This document shows positions 34,424 to 48,034 of a stretch of 64,000 nucleotides of DNA, piece after piece (position 1 is the stretch's first letter; the number at the start of each line of letters is the position of its first letter). The notes under the pieces are model-generated. The model was not told the origin of the DNA and did no database searches. It worked only from the letters and a program-made list of their open reading frames with translations. The stretch is from Alphaproteobacteria bacterium (GTDB lineage: Bacteria; Pseudomonadota; Alphaproteobacteria; GCA-2731375). Where the stretch lies: the NCBI GenBank assembly GCA_965232515.1, contig CBDDPY010000002.1, positions 640,001 to 704,000 on the forward strand, given 5' to 3'. The position numbers were made by a program, and so were the translations under genes.

Positions 34424-34480
34424 GTAGCTGACGGTCGCCTTTGGTCGGCGACCGTTGTGGATGTAACAAGGAACACTGCC

Positions 34481-34909
34481 ATGCGGCACCGTAATCGCGG
34501 ACGCAAGCTGGGACGGGATAGCGCACATCGCCAGGCGATGTTTGCGAACCTGGCCTGCGCTCTGATCAAGCACGAACAAATCAAGACGACCTTGCCGAAG
34601 GCCAAGGACCTGCGGCCGATTGTCGAAAAGCTGATTACGCTTGGCAAGCGAGGCGGGCTGCATGCCCGGCGGCAGGCATTGGCGCGGCTGCCCGAAAAGG
34701 CCATGGTGGACAAGCTGTTCGCCGAACTGGCTGAACGCTATGCGGATCGCCCCGGTGGTTATACGCGCGTCCTGAAGGCGGGCTTCCGCTATGGCGATGC
34801 GGCGCCGATGGCGATCATCGAGCTGATCGATCGGGATCCCGACGCCAAGGGCCAGGATTCCGGTCCGGTGCCGGTCGACGAGGACGAAGAGGTCGAGGCC
34901 GCGGCCTGA
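34481..34909 (+). CDS. rplQ: 50S ribosomal protein L17
   Basis: ATG at 34481 (MRHR); [16 protein letters not shown]. Confidence 0.98.
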   Translation: MRHRNRGRKLGRDSAHRQAMFANLACALIKHEQIKTTLPKAKDLRPIVEKLITLGKRGGLHARRQALARLPEKAMVDKLFAELAERYADRPGGYTRVLKAGFRYGDAAPMAIIELIDRDPDAKGQDSGPVPVDEDEEVEAAA

Positions 34910-35054
34910 CGGGGCCCGGCATCGACCGAGACCATCGAGGGCAGCCGTCGTGCTGCCCTTTGTTTTTCTCAAACGCCGGGCGACAGGCATCGGCGTTTCC
35001 GGGTTACGATCCTGTCGGTCGGCCTCTATATCTGGACTTTCCAGCGGGCGAAGA

Positions 35055-36481
<1,427 letters not shown>

Positions 36482-36485
<4 letters not shown>

Positions 36486-37798
36486 GCAGCCTGTTCGAGG
36501 CGGCTGGACTGGACACCGGGCCGGCGCCGCCTTTGGCGGACCGCCTGCGGCCGCAGACTCTGGACGACGTTATCGGCCAGGCGCATCTGCTGGCGGGCGA
36601 GGGGCCGATCGCGCGCATGTTGGCATCCGGGCGTTTGGCGTCGCTTATTCTCTGGGGCCCACCCGGCAGCGGCAAGACCACCATAGCGCGCCTGCTGGCG
36701 CAGCAGGTGGGGTTGCACTTCGAACAGCTTTCCGCCGTGTTCTCCGGCGTTGCCGATCTCCGCAAGGCCTTCGAGGCTGCAGCGGCCCGTCGCCGCGACG
36801 GTCTTGGCACGCTGTTGTTCGTCGACGAGATCCATCGCTTCAACCGGGCACAGCAAGACGGATTTCTGCCTTATGTCGAAGACGGCACCATCGTCCTTGT
36901 CGGCGCCACGACAGAGAATCCATCATTCGAGCTCAACGCCGCCCTGTTGTCGCGGGCCCAGGTGCTGGTGCTGAACCGCCTCGATGACGAAGCGCTGGAG
37001 CAGCTCCTAGAACGGGCAGAGACGGCCGAAGAACGCCCCCTGCCGTTGGACACCGATGCCCGGGCAGCGCTGCGGGCGATGGCCGACGGCGATGGCCGGT
37101 TTCTGCTGAACCTGGCCGAGGAGCTGTTGGCGTTGCCGGCCGATAAAGCATTGGACACGGCGGCACTGACCCGCACGGTGCAACGCCGGGCACCGGTCTA
37201 TGACAAGGCCCAGGAGGGGCACTTCAACCTGATCAGCGCGCTGCACAAATCGTTGCGCGGTTCGGATGCCGATGCCGGTCTCTACTGGCTCGCCCGGATG
37301 CTGTCGGCCGGTGAGGATCCGCTCTACATCGTTCGCAGGCTCGTTCGCTTTGCGGTCGAAGATATCGGTCTGGCCGATCCGGATGCCGTGCAGCAGGCGT
37401 TGGCGGCCAAGCAGGCCTATGACTTCCTGGGTTCGCCCGAGGGCGAGCTGGCGATCGCGCAGGCCGTGCTGTATCTGGCCACGGCGCCGAAGTCGAACGC
37501 TGCCTATCGCGCGCTGGCTTCGGCGAACCGGGCGGCGAAGGAGACCGGCTCGCTGATGCCGCCCAAGCACATCCTCAATGCCCCGACCCGATTGATGAAG
37601 GATCTCGGCTACGCCAAGGGCTACGAGTACGACCACGACGCCGACGAGGCATTCTCCGGCCAGAACTATTTTCCCGAGGAGATGGAGCGACTGCGCTTCT
37701 ACAGTCCGACGGAGCGCGGTTTCGAGCGCGAGATCGCCAAGCGCCTGGCCTATTGGCGCAAGCTGCGGGAGCGGCGGACAGGACCAGCGGACTCGTGA
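36482..37798 (+). CDS. rarA: Replication-associated recombination protein A (MgsA AAA+)
   Basis: PLADRLRP, GPPGSGKTT, DEIHRFN, GATTENPSF, ISALHKSLRGSD. Confidence 0.97.
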
Positions 37799-38175
37799 AC
37801 CTGCTGCTGGCGATTGCCGCGGGCGGCGCGATCGGCGCCCTGGGCCGGCATTTCGTTTCGTCGCAGCTCACGCATTGGCTCGGCGGCGGTTTTCCGTGGG
37901 GCATCCTGATCTGCAATGTGGTCGGGTCGTTCGCAATGGGCTGTCTGGTCGAGGTGATGGCCTTGAAATGGTCCGTCGGCGTCGAATTCCGCGCCTTCAT
38001 GACCGTGGGCATTCTCGGCGCCTTCACCACGTTTTCGACCTTTTCGCTGGACACCGTGCTGTTGCTCGAGCGGGGCGCCTACGTCTCCGCGATGGTCTAC
38101 GTCGTGACATCGGTGGCGCTGTCGGTCGGCGGGCTGGTCGCCGGCATGGCCCTGTTCCGCCAGGTGTTGGCGTGA
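37795..38175 (+). CDS. crcB: Fluoride channel FluC/CrcB
   Basis: GTG at 37795; GGAIGALGR, FPWG, N(V)VGSF, GAFTTFSTF. Confidence 0.95.
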   Translation: MNLLLAIAAGGAIGALGRHFVSSQLTHWLGGGFPWGILICNVVGSFAMGCLVEVMALKWSVGVEFRAFMTVGILGAFTTFSTFSLDTVLLLERGAYVSAMVYVVTSVALSVGGLVAGMALFRQVLA

Positions 38176-39155
38176 GCGGTGTACAGACAGTCGAAGTCTC
38201 GGCCGACGACGATGGCCTGCGGCTTGACCGTTGGTTTCGCCGCCATTTTCCCGGTCTGAGCCACGGTCGGCTCGAACGGCTGTTGCGAAAGGGGGAAGTT
38301 CGTGTCGACGGCCGGCGGAGCAAATCCGGCGCCCGCATCGCGGTCGGTCAGCGGATCCGGGTTCCGCCTTTGGCGGACGCCGAGCAACCGCGAAAGGCTC
38401 GTCCCGCACCTGCCAGAGACGAGGACACGGCTTGGCTGTCGGATGCCATTCTGCATATGGACGACCGGCTGATCGTCATCAATAAGCCGGCCGGCCTGGC
38501 CGTGCAGGGTGGTACGGGCACGCACCGGCATCTCGACGCCATGCTGGATGCGCTTCGGTTCAAGGCGGCCGAACGCCCCCGCCTGGTTCATCGGCTCGAC
38601 AAAGATACCAGTGGGGTTCTGATCCTTGGCCGCACGGCGGCCGCGGCGGCCAGCCTGACGCGCGCCTTTCGTGAACGTTCGACCCGCAAGCTGTACTGGG
38701 CACTGGTCGCCGGCGTGCCGCAGCCGCCACGAGGGCAGATCAAGCTGCGCTTGGCCAAACGGCCCGGCGCCGTTGGCGAACGGGTCCAGGCCCACCCGAC
38801 GGAAGGCAAGCCCGCGATCACCGACTACGCCGTTATCGACAAGGCCGGCCGCAGTGCCGCCTGGCTGGGGCTACGGCCGGTGACGGGCAGGACCCATCAG
38901 TTGCGGGCCCATTGCGCGGCCATCGGCACACCGATCCTGGGCGATGGCAAATATGGCCGCCGGGACCAGTTCGCGGGCGGCCTTGGAGCGGTACGCCGGC
39001 TGCAATTGCACGCGCGATCGATTGAGCTGCCCGTCGGCGGGAGCAAAACGATGTGGATCGAGGCACCGGTGCCCAAGCATATGACCGACTGCATGCGCGA
39101 CCTCGGTTTCGATCCGGCGACCGCGGACGACCCATTCGCCGAGGATGACGAATAG
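38172..39155 (+). CDS. RluA-family (RluC-like) pseudouridine synthase with S4 domain
   Basis: GTG at 38172; RLDRW, NKPAGL, HRLDKDTSG, TGRTHQLR. Confidence 0.93.
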   Translation: MSGVQTVEVSADDDGLRLDRWFRRHFPGLSHGRLERLLRKGEVRVDGRRSKSGARIAVGQRIRVPPLADAEQPRKARPAPARDEDTAWLSDAILHMDDRLIVINKPAGLAVQGGTGTHRHLDAMLDALRFKAAERPRLVHRLDKDTSGVLILGRTAAAAASLTRAFRERSTRKLYWALVAGVPQPPRGQIKLRLAKRPGAVGERVQAHPTEGKPAITDYAVIDKAGRSAAWLGLRPVTGRTHQLRAHCAAIGTPILGDGKYGRRDQFAGGLGAVRRLQLHARSIELPVGGSKTMWIEAPVPKHMTDCMRDLGFDPATADDPFAEDDE

Positions 39156-39211
39156 GCGGCCGAGCGCAGCCAAGCTAAACTGAATGCCCATCATGATCGG
39201 GGAGGTCAGAC

Positions 39212-40099
39212 ATGCCATATGCCGAGGCTGAACGCGCCAAGCTCTATTACGAGGAAACGGGCGAGGGCTATCCGATCGTGTTCGTGCACGAGTTTGCCGG
39301 CGACCTGCGGAGCTGGGAGCCCCAGGTTCGCTATTTCTCGCGGCGCTATCGCTGCATCACCTACAACGCCCGTGGTTATCCGCCGTCGGACGTGCCGTCG
39401 GACGTGGCGCACTACAGCCAGGACATCGCCACCGACGATATCGCCGCGGTCATGCGCGCCGCCGAGGTCGAGAAGGCGCATGTCGTCGGCTTGAGCATGG
39501 GCGGTTTCGCCAGCCTGCATTTCGGCATTCGGTATCCGGAGCTGGCGAGCGCGTTGGTGGTTGCGGGCTGTGGATACGGTGCGCCGAAGGAGGGGCAGGC
39601 GCAGTTCAAGGAGGAGGCGCACGCGCTCGCCGAGCGTTTCGCCGCAAACGATATGGCGACGATATCGGCCGGCTACGCGGCCGGACCGTTTCGCGTTCAG
39701 TATCAAAACAAAGATCGGCGCGGCTGGGAGGAGTTCGCCGCTCAGTTTGCCGAACATGATCTTAACGGCGCCGTCATGACGCTGCGCGGCGTCCAGGCGA
39801 GTCGCCCCTCGATTTATGACCTGGAACCGCAACTGCGAGATATCCAGGTACCGATGCTCATCGTGACCGGCGACGAGGATGAGCCCTGTCTTGACGTCAA
39901 CCTGTTCATGAAGCGCGTTATTCCAAGCGCCGGCCTCTATGTGCTGCCGCGAACCGGCCATACGCTGAACCTGGAGGAGCCCGGCGCATTCAATGCGACG
40001 GTGCAGGAGTTCTTCAGCGCCGTCGAACGCGATCGTTGGGGGCTGCGCGATTCCCGGTCGGTAACCGACACCATCATGCTGGCGAACCAGGACACGTAG
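39212..40099 (+). CDS. Alpha/beta-fold hydrolase
   Basis: GLSMG nucleophile elbow, GDED, GHTLNLEEP. Confidence 0.88.
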   Translation: MPYAEAERAKLYYEETGEGYPIVFVHEFAGDLRSWEPQVRYFSRRYRCITYNARGYPPSDVPSDVAHYSQDIATDDIAAVMRAAEVEKAHVVGLSMGGFASLHFGIRYPELASALVVAGCGYGAPKEGQAQFKEEAHALAERFAANDMATISAGYAAGPFRVQYQNKDRRGWEEFAAQFAEHDLNGAVMTLRGVQASRPSIYDLEPQLRDIQVPMLIVTGDEDEPCLDVNLFMKRVIPSAGLYVLPRTGHTLNLEEPGAFNATVQEFFSAVERDRWGLRDSRSVTDTIMLANQDT

Positions 40100-40119
40100 G
40101 CCGGCGAAGAGGTCTCTGC

Positions 40120-40809
40120 GTGTCCGCCGCTTTGCCGTTGGTCGTTTTCGATGTCGATGGAACGCTGGTCGACAGTCAGCACACGATCGCGGCGTCGATG
40201 GCGACGGCCTTCGATCTGAACGGCTACCCCAGGCCCGATCTCCGGGACGTCCGGCGTGTGGTCGGCCTGTCGTTGGTCGAGGCCGTGGCCCGGCTGTTGC
40301 CGACCGAGCCGGACTCTCGGCATGCGACCGTCGCCGAGGACTACAAGGCGGCGTTCTTCGAGCTGCGCAACAGGCCCGACCATGACGATCCGTTGTTTCC
40401 GGGCGCCAGAGATGTTGTGTCGCGCCTCGACGCGGCCGGCTACCAACTCGGCATTTGCACGGGCAAATCCAGGCGCGGTCTCGTTGCGGTGCTGACGCAC
40501 CACGGACTGTCGCCCCATTTCGTCACGGCGCAGACGGCCGACCAGCATCCGGGCAAGCCACATCCGGCCATGCTGCGGCAAGCGATGGCCGAGGCGGGCG
40601 CCGAGCCGGCTACCACCGTCCTCGTCGGCGATACCTCGTTCGACATGGCCATGGCGCGCAATGCCGGTGTCGCGCCCGTGGGGGTATCCTGGGGCTATCA
40701 TGAGGTCGCCGAGCTGAAGGAATCGGGCGCGGATGTGGTGATCGATCACTTCGACGACCTGCTGGCCGAGATCGAGGCACTGATCGGGTCGCCCGCCGGC
40801 ACGTCATGA
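40120..40809 (+). CDS. HAD-IA hydrolase (phosphoglycolate phosphatase-like)
   Basis: FDVDGTLVDS, KPHP, VGDTSFD. Confidence 0.92.
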   Translation: MSAALPLVVFDVDGTLVDSQHTIAASMATAFDLNGYPRPDLRDVRRVVGLSLVEAVARLLPTEPDSRHATVAEDYKAAFFELRNRPDHDDPLFPGARDVVSRLDAAGYQLGICTGKSRRGLVAVLTHHGLSPHFVTAQTADQHPGKPHPAMLRQAMAEAGAEPATTVLVGDTSFDMAMARNAGVAPVGVSWGYHEVAELKESGADVVIDHFDDLLAEIEALIGSPAGTS

Positions 40810-41501
40810 AGAAGTTCTATAAATCCGCGCGGGCTGTCGCCGATGCCGACGGCTTCCAAATAACGCTCGACGGCCGTACGGCCCGCACGCCGAGAAAGGC
40901 GCTGCTCCGGTTGCCGACCCGCGGGCTGGCCGACGCCATTGCCGACGAATGGCAGGCACAGGACGACAGCATCGATCCGATGAAGATGCCGCTCACCCGG
41001 CTCGCGAATTCCGCTATCGACACCGTCGCGACGCAACGCGAGACCGTCGTTCAGACCGTTTCCACCTACGGCGGCAGCGATTTGGTGTGCTATCGCGCCG
41101 ATACGCCGTCGGATCTGGCCGCGGCTCAGCATGCCCATTGGCAGCCGCTGGTGGCCTGGGTCGAGCGGCGCCATGGGGCCGTCCTGGCCGTGACCGCCGG
41201 GATTACGCATGTCGATCAACCGGCGGCGGCGCTGGCGGCATTGACGGCTGCTGTCGCCGACTTCGACGACTACGCGCTGGCGGCGTTGCACGATCTGACG
41301 ACGATCACCGGGTCCCTGGTGATTGGCCTGGCGGTCGCCGACGGCGAGATCGACATTGGCCGTGCCTGGGAGGCGGCTCAGGTCGACGAGGCGTATCAGG
41401 CGGCGACATGGGGCGAGGATGCCGAGGCGGCGGCGCGGCGGGACCGCCTGAAAGGGGAGCTCGACCAGGCCAAGTTGTTTCTCGATCTGTTGCGAAGCTG
41501 A
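40806..41501 (+). CDS. ATP12-family F1-ATPase assembly chaperone
   Basis: KKFYK, LDGR..RTP, EW.AQ, MPLTRLANSAID, DLVCYRA, WGEDAEA. Confidence 0.92.
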   Translation: MKKFYKSARAVADADGFQITLDGRTARTPRKALLRLPTRGLADAIADEWQAQDDSIDPMKMPLTRLANSAIDTVATQRETVVQTVSTYGGSDLVCYRADTPSDLAAAQHAHWQPLVAWVERRHGAVLAVTAGITHVDQPAAALAALTAAVADFDDYALAALHDLTTITGSLVIGLAVADGEIDIGRAWEAAQVDEAYQAATWGEDAEAAARRDRLKGELDQAKLFLDLLRS

Positions 41502-41623
41502 ACGCCCTTGATCGCTGATCGGCCGGCGCTATGTTGGCGCTGGCAGCCGCCGGATTGGCCCTATCCTGGGAACAAATACAAGCTAGTATCGGAACTTGAA
41601 AAAGGCCCGAACAGGGAGCATGC

Positions 41624-43156
<1,533 letters not shown>

Positions 43157-43167
43157 GAAAACTAACT

Positions 43168-45153
43168 ATGTTCAAGAAAATATTGATAGCAAACCGGGGC
43201 GAGATCGCCTGCCGGGTGATCCGCACGGCGCGGCGCATGGGCATCGGAACCGTCGCCGTCTTTTCCGAGGCCGATGCCGGCGCGCTGCACACGCAAATGG
43301 CCGACGAGGCGGTCGCCATCGGGCCGGCCCCGGCGGCCGAGAGTTACCTGGTCATCGAACGGATTCTGGACGCGATCGCCCGGACGAGCGCCGACGCGGT
43401 GCATCCGGGCTACGGCTTCCTGTCCGAGAACGGCGCCTTCGCCGAGGCGCTGTCGGCGGCCGGCGTCGCCTTTATCGGCCCCGGACCGACGGCCATCGCG
43501 GCCATGGGCGACAAGATCGAATCGAAGAAGCTCGCCCGCGATGCCGGCGTCAACATGGTGCCCGGGCACCTGGCCGCCATTGCGGACGCCGACGAGGCCG
43601 CGGCCGTGGCGGCCGACATCGGCTATCCGGTGATGCTGAAGGCATCCGCCGGCGGTGGCGGCAAGGGCATGCGGATCGCCTACGATGAGGACCAGGCCCG
43701 GGAAGGCTTTGTCTCGGCCGCGAACGAGGCGCGGTCGAGCTTTGCCGACGACAGGGTCTTCGTCGAGAAATTCATCGAGCAGCCGCGCCATATCGAGATC
43801 CAGGTGCTGGCCGACGGGCATGGCAACTGCATCTATCTGGGCGAACGCGAATGCTCGATCCAGCGCCGGCACCAAAAGGTGATCGAGGAGGCGCCAAGCC
43901 CGTTCCTCGATCCGGAGACGCGCCAGGCCATGGGCGAGCAGGCGGTCGCCTTGGCCAAGGCCGTGGAGTATCAGTCGGCCGGCACCGTCGAATTCATCGT
44001 CGATGCCAACAAGAACTTCTATTTCCTTGAAATGAATACCAGGCTTCAGGTCGAGCACCCCGTCACCGAGATGGTGACGGGCGTCGATCTGGTAGAGCAG
44101 ATGATCCGCGTCGCCGCCGGCGAAACGCTGGCGATCACGCAGTCGGATGTGACGTTGAACGGCTGGGCGATCGAGGCGCGGGTTTATGCCGAGGACCCGA
44201 CCCGCAATTTCATGCCCTCGATAGGACGCCTTCGGCGGCTGACGGCGCCCGCTGAAGAGGACGGCGTGCGGGTCGACACGGGCGTGGTCGAGGGCTCGGA
44301 AATCTCGATGTTCTATGACCCGATGATCGCGAAGCTGATCGCGCATGGCGACGACCGCGACATGGCGATCGCACGCATATCAGATGCGCTGGACGGATAT
44401 TACATCCGCGGCATAAGCCACAACGTCAGCTTCCTGAATGCGCTGGTCCGGCATCCACGGTTTCAGGAAGGCCGCCTGACAACGGCGTTTCTCGACGAGG
44501 AGTTCCCCGACGGGTTCGAAAACGCAGCGCTGACGACGGATATTCGTGACGCAATGGGCGCGGCGGCCGTTTTGGTGCATCTGCGACTTGGCGCCCAGGC
44601 GGCCGCGCGTGATCAGGTTTCGACGACGCGTCAATCGTCTGGATCGGTCGATCTGGTGGTGGGAATTGACGATGATCCGCATCGGGTTTCCGCCGAACTG
44701 ACCGACACAGGCCTCAGCTTGAGCATGCCCGATCGATCGATCGATCTGCACAGCGACTGGCGACCCGGTCAGCCGTTGTTACATGGCGAGCTCGGCGGCA
44801 GGGCGGTTACGCTGCAATTGGACATGCAGCCCGATTCTTACCGACTGATTCATGCTGGCGTGACGCTCGACATCGCCGTCCGCACGCCGCGCGCCGCGGA
44901 ACTGGCATTGATGATGCCGAAGAAAGAACCGCCTGATCTGTCGAAGTTCCTGCGCTGTCCGATGCCCGGACTGGTGATTTCCATCGACGCGGAAGTGGGC
45001 GAGAGCGTCAAGGCGGGCCAAGCGCTTGCCGTCGTCGAGGCCATGAAAATGGAGAACGTACTGCGTGCCGAGCAGGACGGAACGATTGCGGCGGTGCACG
45101 TCAGTCAGGGCCAGAGCCTGTCGGTCGACCAGGTCATTCTTGAGTTTGCTTGA
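43168..45153 (+). CDS. pccA: Propionyl-CoA carboxylase alpha (biotin carboxylase-BCCP)
   Basis: IANRGEIA, HPGYGFLSEN, ECSIQRR, EAMKMEN biotin site; follows pccB. Confidence 0.93.
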   Translation: MFKKILIANRGEIACRVIRTARRMGIGTVAVFSEADAGALHTQMADEAVAIGPAPAAESYLVIERILDAIARTSADAVHPGYGFLSENGAFAEALSAAGVAFIGPGPTAIAAMGDKIESKKLARDAGVNMVPGHLAAIADADEAAAVAADIGYPVMLKASAGGGGKGMRIAYDEDQAREGFVSAANEARSSFADDRVFVEKFIEQPRHIEIQVLADGHGNCIYLGERECSIQRRHQKVIEEAPSPFLDPETRQAMGEQAVALAKAVEYQSAGTVEFIVDANKNFYFLEMNTRLQVEHPVTEMVTGVDLVEQMIRVAAGETLAITQSDVTLNGWAIEARVYAEDPTRNFMPSIGRLRRLTAPAEEDGVRVDTGVVEGSEISMFYDPMIAKLIAHGDDRDMAIARISDALDGYYIRGISHNVSFLNALVRHPRFQEGRLTTAFLDEEFPDGFENAALTTDIRDAMGAAAVLVHLRLGAQAAARDQVSTTRQSSGSVDLVVGIDDDPHRVSAELTDTGLSLSMPDRSIDLHSDWRPGQPLLHGELGGRAVTLQLDMQPDSYRLIHAGVTLDIAVRTPRAAELALMMPKKEPPDLSKFLRCPMPGLVISIDAEVGESVKAGQALAVVEAMKMENVLRAEQDGTIAAVHVSQGQSLSVDQVILEFA

Positions 45154-45325
45154 CTAAGCAGTCAGAAACGTCAATCGTGTTTTAGGCACCGTTCATGGAG
45201 GTCGGACGGTGATACATACGTCGCTGTTGGGGAATATTGGGAAGGCGGTCTCCACGGCAAACTGGAGTTGATCCACAGGTTCCCGGCTGAGGGCAGGTAC
45301 GGGATCCGCGGAGGAGGGGGCTTTC

Positions 45326-47737
45326 GTGGCGTCCAGCGAGACGTTGGCTTTCGACGGACCGCTTGCGCAGGCATTGCGTCGTCAGCGCGACCCCGCGCTC
45401 GTGGTCGCGGCTGATATCAGGCGTGCCGGAAATCCGAAGATCTTGTTTGCAAACGATGCGTTTTGTCGGTTGCACGACCAGACCGGTGGGGACCTGGTTG
45501 GTCAGCCGATCGATGTGTTGTTCGGTCCGAACGGCGATCACCACGGCTTGCGCAAGATTACCTGGGCGGTTGCCGGCCGGCGGCCTTGCGAGTTCGAAGC
45601 CGAAGTTTATCGCCGGGACGGCTCCTCATTCGTAAGCGAACTGTCGGTGACGCCGGTTCTCAACGACGATGAGACGGCGTTGTGCTTCGTCGTCTCGGAA
45701 CGCGATATCACCGAGCGCCGCCGGGCCGAGATCCTGGCGGCGGGGCAGACGAAAATCCTCGAGCGCGTTGCCGCGCGGGCGCCATTGAGCGAAACGCTCC
45801 GTCAACTGGCCAAGATGGTCGAGTTGATGTCGGCGGACTATTTGGTGGCGATCCGCGTACTTGATGACGAGGGCAACGACCTCGTGCGGGTCGCGACCGA
45901 GCCATTGATGTCCAAGTGGACCGACAATAGCGGCCGCACGCCGAGATTAGAGGCGTTCCCGGTGAAGCAGGAGAGCCGTCGGGCCGGCATCTACATTCAT
46001 CGGGAAATGCACGACATCGCCTACCTGCCGTCCGGCGATGAGTTGCGGGAAGAGGGCGTGCGGCGCGCTTGGGTCAAACCGGTTGTCTCGGCGGCCGGTG
46101 CCGTGAACGGGGTGTTTGCCCTGCTGGCGAAACACGATCGTGAGCCCAACGATCACGAGCTCGATTTGATCGAGCTGGCCTCGCATCTGACGGCCGTCGC
46201 GATTGAAAGCAAATCCGGCGAACGAGCGCTCGGTCGTAGCGAGGAGCGGTTCCGGGATGTCGTCGAGGCCGTTTCGGACTGGATTTGGGAAACCAACGCG
46301 GAACACCGCCTGACCTTCGTTTCACCGGGACAGGAAGACCTTCTAGGACATGCGCCGTCCGATCTGTTGGGCAAGCGTGTGATGCGGTTCGTCCGACCGG
46401 CCGTCGGGCGCGGGCCGGCGATCGATCCCGATACGCATCAGTCGTTCAAGGACGTGTTTCTTGAAGTCGACGACACGAACGGCAACACCCATCGAATCCG
46501 GGTCAGTGGACGACCGGTATTCGCCGCCGACGGCAGTTTCGCCGGCTATCGCGGCGCCGCCAGCGATGTCACGCACGAGGAGGAAGTTGCCGCGCTCGCC
46601 CGGCTGGCGACCGAGCGCCTCAACATGGCGGTGGAGTCGATCGATCAGGGATTTCTGCTGTTCGACGCCGATGACCGGCTGGTAATCTGCAACAGCCGGG
46701 CCGGAGAGATCGTGCCGGAAATCGCCGACCTGCTGAAGCCGGGCATCAGCTTTACCGAAATCGTCCGCGCGGGCATCGCCCGCGACGTCTACGATTTGCC
46801 CGCCGAACGCCGCCGGACGGCCCTTGCTGCCCGGCTGGAGCGGCATCACAGCCCGCGCGGGCCATTCGAAATCCCGCTTCGCGACAGTCGCTGGCTGCGA
46901 GTTGATGAGCGAACGACGCGGGACGGTGGCGTCGTGGCCGTATGGACCGATATTACCGAGGCGAAACGTCGCGAGGTGGCGCTGCACGAGGCCAAAGACG
47001 CGGCCGAGCTGGCAAGTCGATCGAAGTCGGAATTCCTGGCCAACATCAGTCATGAACTGCGCACGCCGCTGAATGCGATCATTGGGTTTGCCGAGGTGAT
47101 GGACAAAGAGCTGTTCGGCATGCTCGGCAACGATCATTATCGGGACTACGTCCGCGATATCAGTGACAGTGGTCGCCATTTACTGCAGTTAATCAACGAC
47201 TTATTGGATGTTTCGAAGATCGAGGTTGGGCGGCTCGAAGTAGAGGACAGCGACCTGCAAATAGCCGGCGTGGTCGAAACCTGCGTTCGCATGGTGCGTG
47301 AGCGCGCCCGCAATGCCGATGTCGGCCTCAAGGTCGATGTCGCCCCGGATCTGCCGACGATTCGGGCCGACGAACGCAAACTGAAGCAGATCGTGCTGAA
47401 TCTGCTGTCGAATGCGGTGAAATTCACGCCGGCGGGCGGGCATATCTGGGCCAGCGCCATGGCCAACGCCGACGGCGGCGTGACGATCATCGTCAAGGAC
47501 GATGGAATTGGCATCGCCGCCGACGATATTCCCGAGGCGTTGAACGTCTTTGGCCAAATCGACGGCAGCCTCAGCCGCAAGTACGAGGGCGCGGGACTTG
47601 GCCTGCCGCTGTCCAAGGCGCTGACCGAGCTGCATGGCGGCCAGCTCGATATTCATTCGGTCATCGGCAGCGGCACGGAAGTCTTTGTCCACCTGCCGGC
47701 CGACCGCGTTGTTGGCGAGGCCGTTGCCGCGCAATAG
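45326..47737 (+). CDS. Cytoplasmic PAS-GAF-PAS-PAS sensor histidine kinase, PleC/DivJ (PdhS)-like
   Basis: No evident TM helix; ANDAF and SDWIWET PAS motifs; H-box ANISHELRTPLNAIIGF..VM..ELFG; NLLSNAVKFT, DDGIG, GAGLGL. Confidence 0.88.
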   Translation: MASSETLAFDGPLAQALRRQRDPALVVAADIRRAGNPKILFANDAFCRLHDQTGGDLVGQPIDVLFGPNGDHHGLRKITWAVAGRRPCEFEAEVYRRDGSSFVSELSVTPVLNDDETALCFVVSERDITERRRAEILAAGQTKILERVAARAPLSETLRQLAKMVELMSADYLVAIRVLDDEGNDLVRVATEPLMSKWTDNSGRTPRLEAFPVKQESRRAGIYIHREMHDIAYLPSGDELREEGVRRAWVKPVVSAAGAVNGVFALLAKHDREPNDHELDLIELASHLTAVAIESKSGERALGRSEERFRDVVEAVSDWIWETNAEHRLTFVSPGQEDLLGHAPSDLLGKRVMRFVRPAVGRGPAIDPDTHQSFKDVFLEVDDTNGNTHRIRVSGRPVFAADGSFAGYRGAASDVTHEEEVAALARLATERLNMAVESIDQGFLLFDADDRLVICNSRAGEIVPEIADLLKPGISFTEIVRAGIARDVYDLPAERRRTALAARLERHHSPRGPFEIPLRDSRWLRVDERTTRDGGVVAVWTDITEAKRREVALHEAKDAAELASRSKSEFLANISHELRTPLNAIIGFAEVMDKELFGMLGNDHYRDYVRDISDSGRHLLQLINDLLDVSKIEVGRLEVEDSDLQIAGVVETCVRMVRERARNADVGLKVDVAPDLPTIRADERKLKQIVLNLLSNAVKFTPAGGHIWASAMANADGGVTIIVKDDGIGIAADDIPEALNVFGQIDGSLSRKYEGAGLGLPLSKALTELHGGQLDIHSVIGSGTEVFVHLPADRVVGEAVAAQ

Positions 47738-47738
47738 C

Positions 47739-48032
47739 ATGTCCGCTATGCGGTACACCATTTCAGTTCGAATTTCTGGCCGGGTCCAAGGCGTTGGATT
47801 CCGTTACTGGGCGTCAGAGCGGGCGCGGGCGCTCAAGCTCGACGGTTGGGTCCGAAACCGGCACAACGGCAGCGTCGAATTACGTATCAGCGGTGAACGC
47901 GCGGCCGTCGAGCAGATGATCGCCGATTGTCGCGAAGGACCGCCCGCCGCAGAGGTCAGTAAGTTCGAGACGGTTCGGAGACAGCCACCCGAGGAGGTTT
48001 CCTCGGGTTTCGATATTCGCGAGACGGTCTGA
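47739..48032 (+). CDS. acyP: Acylphosphatase
   Basis: SGRVQGVGFR, GWVRN..NGSVE, GPPAAEV. Confidence 0.93.
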   Translation: MSAMRYTISVRISGRVQGVGFRYWASERARALKLDGWVRNRHNGSVELRISGERAAVEQMIADCREGPPAAEVSKFETVRRQPPEEVSSGFDIRETV

Positions 48033-48034
48033 CG

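Noticed and set aside
45240-45315. GGCAAAC in a small hairpin suggesting a c-di-GMP-I riboswitch
   Set aside because: No GNRA tetraloop/receptor or GACGCAAA element in the required arrangement
45326-45720. First PAS domain as a LOV photoreceptor
   Set aside because: Lacks the GRNCRFLQ flavin-adduct cysteine motif (reads GQPIDVLF)
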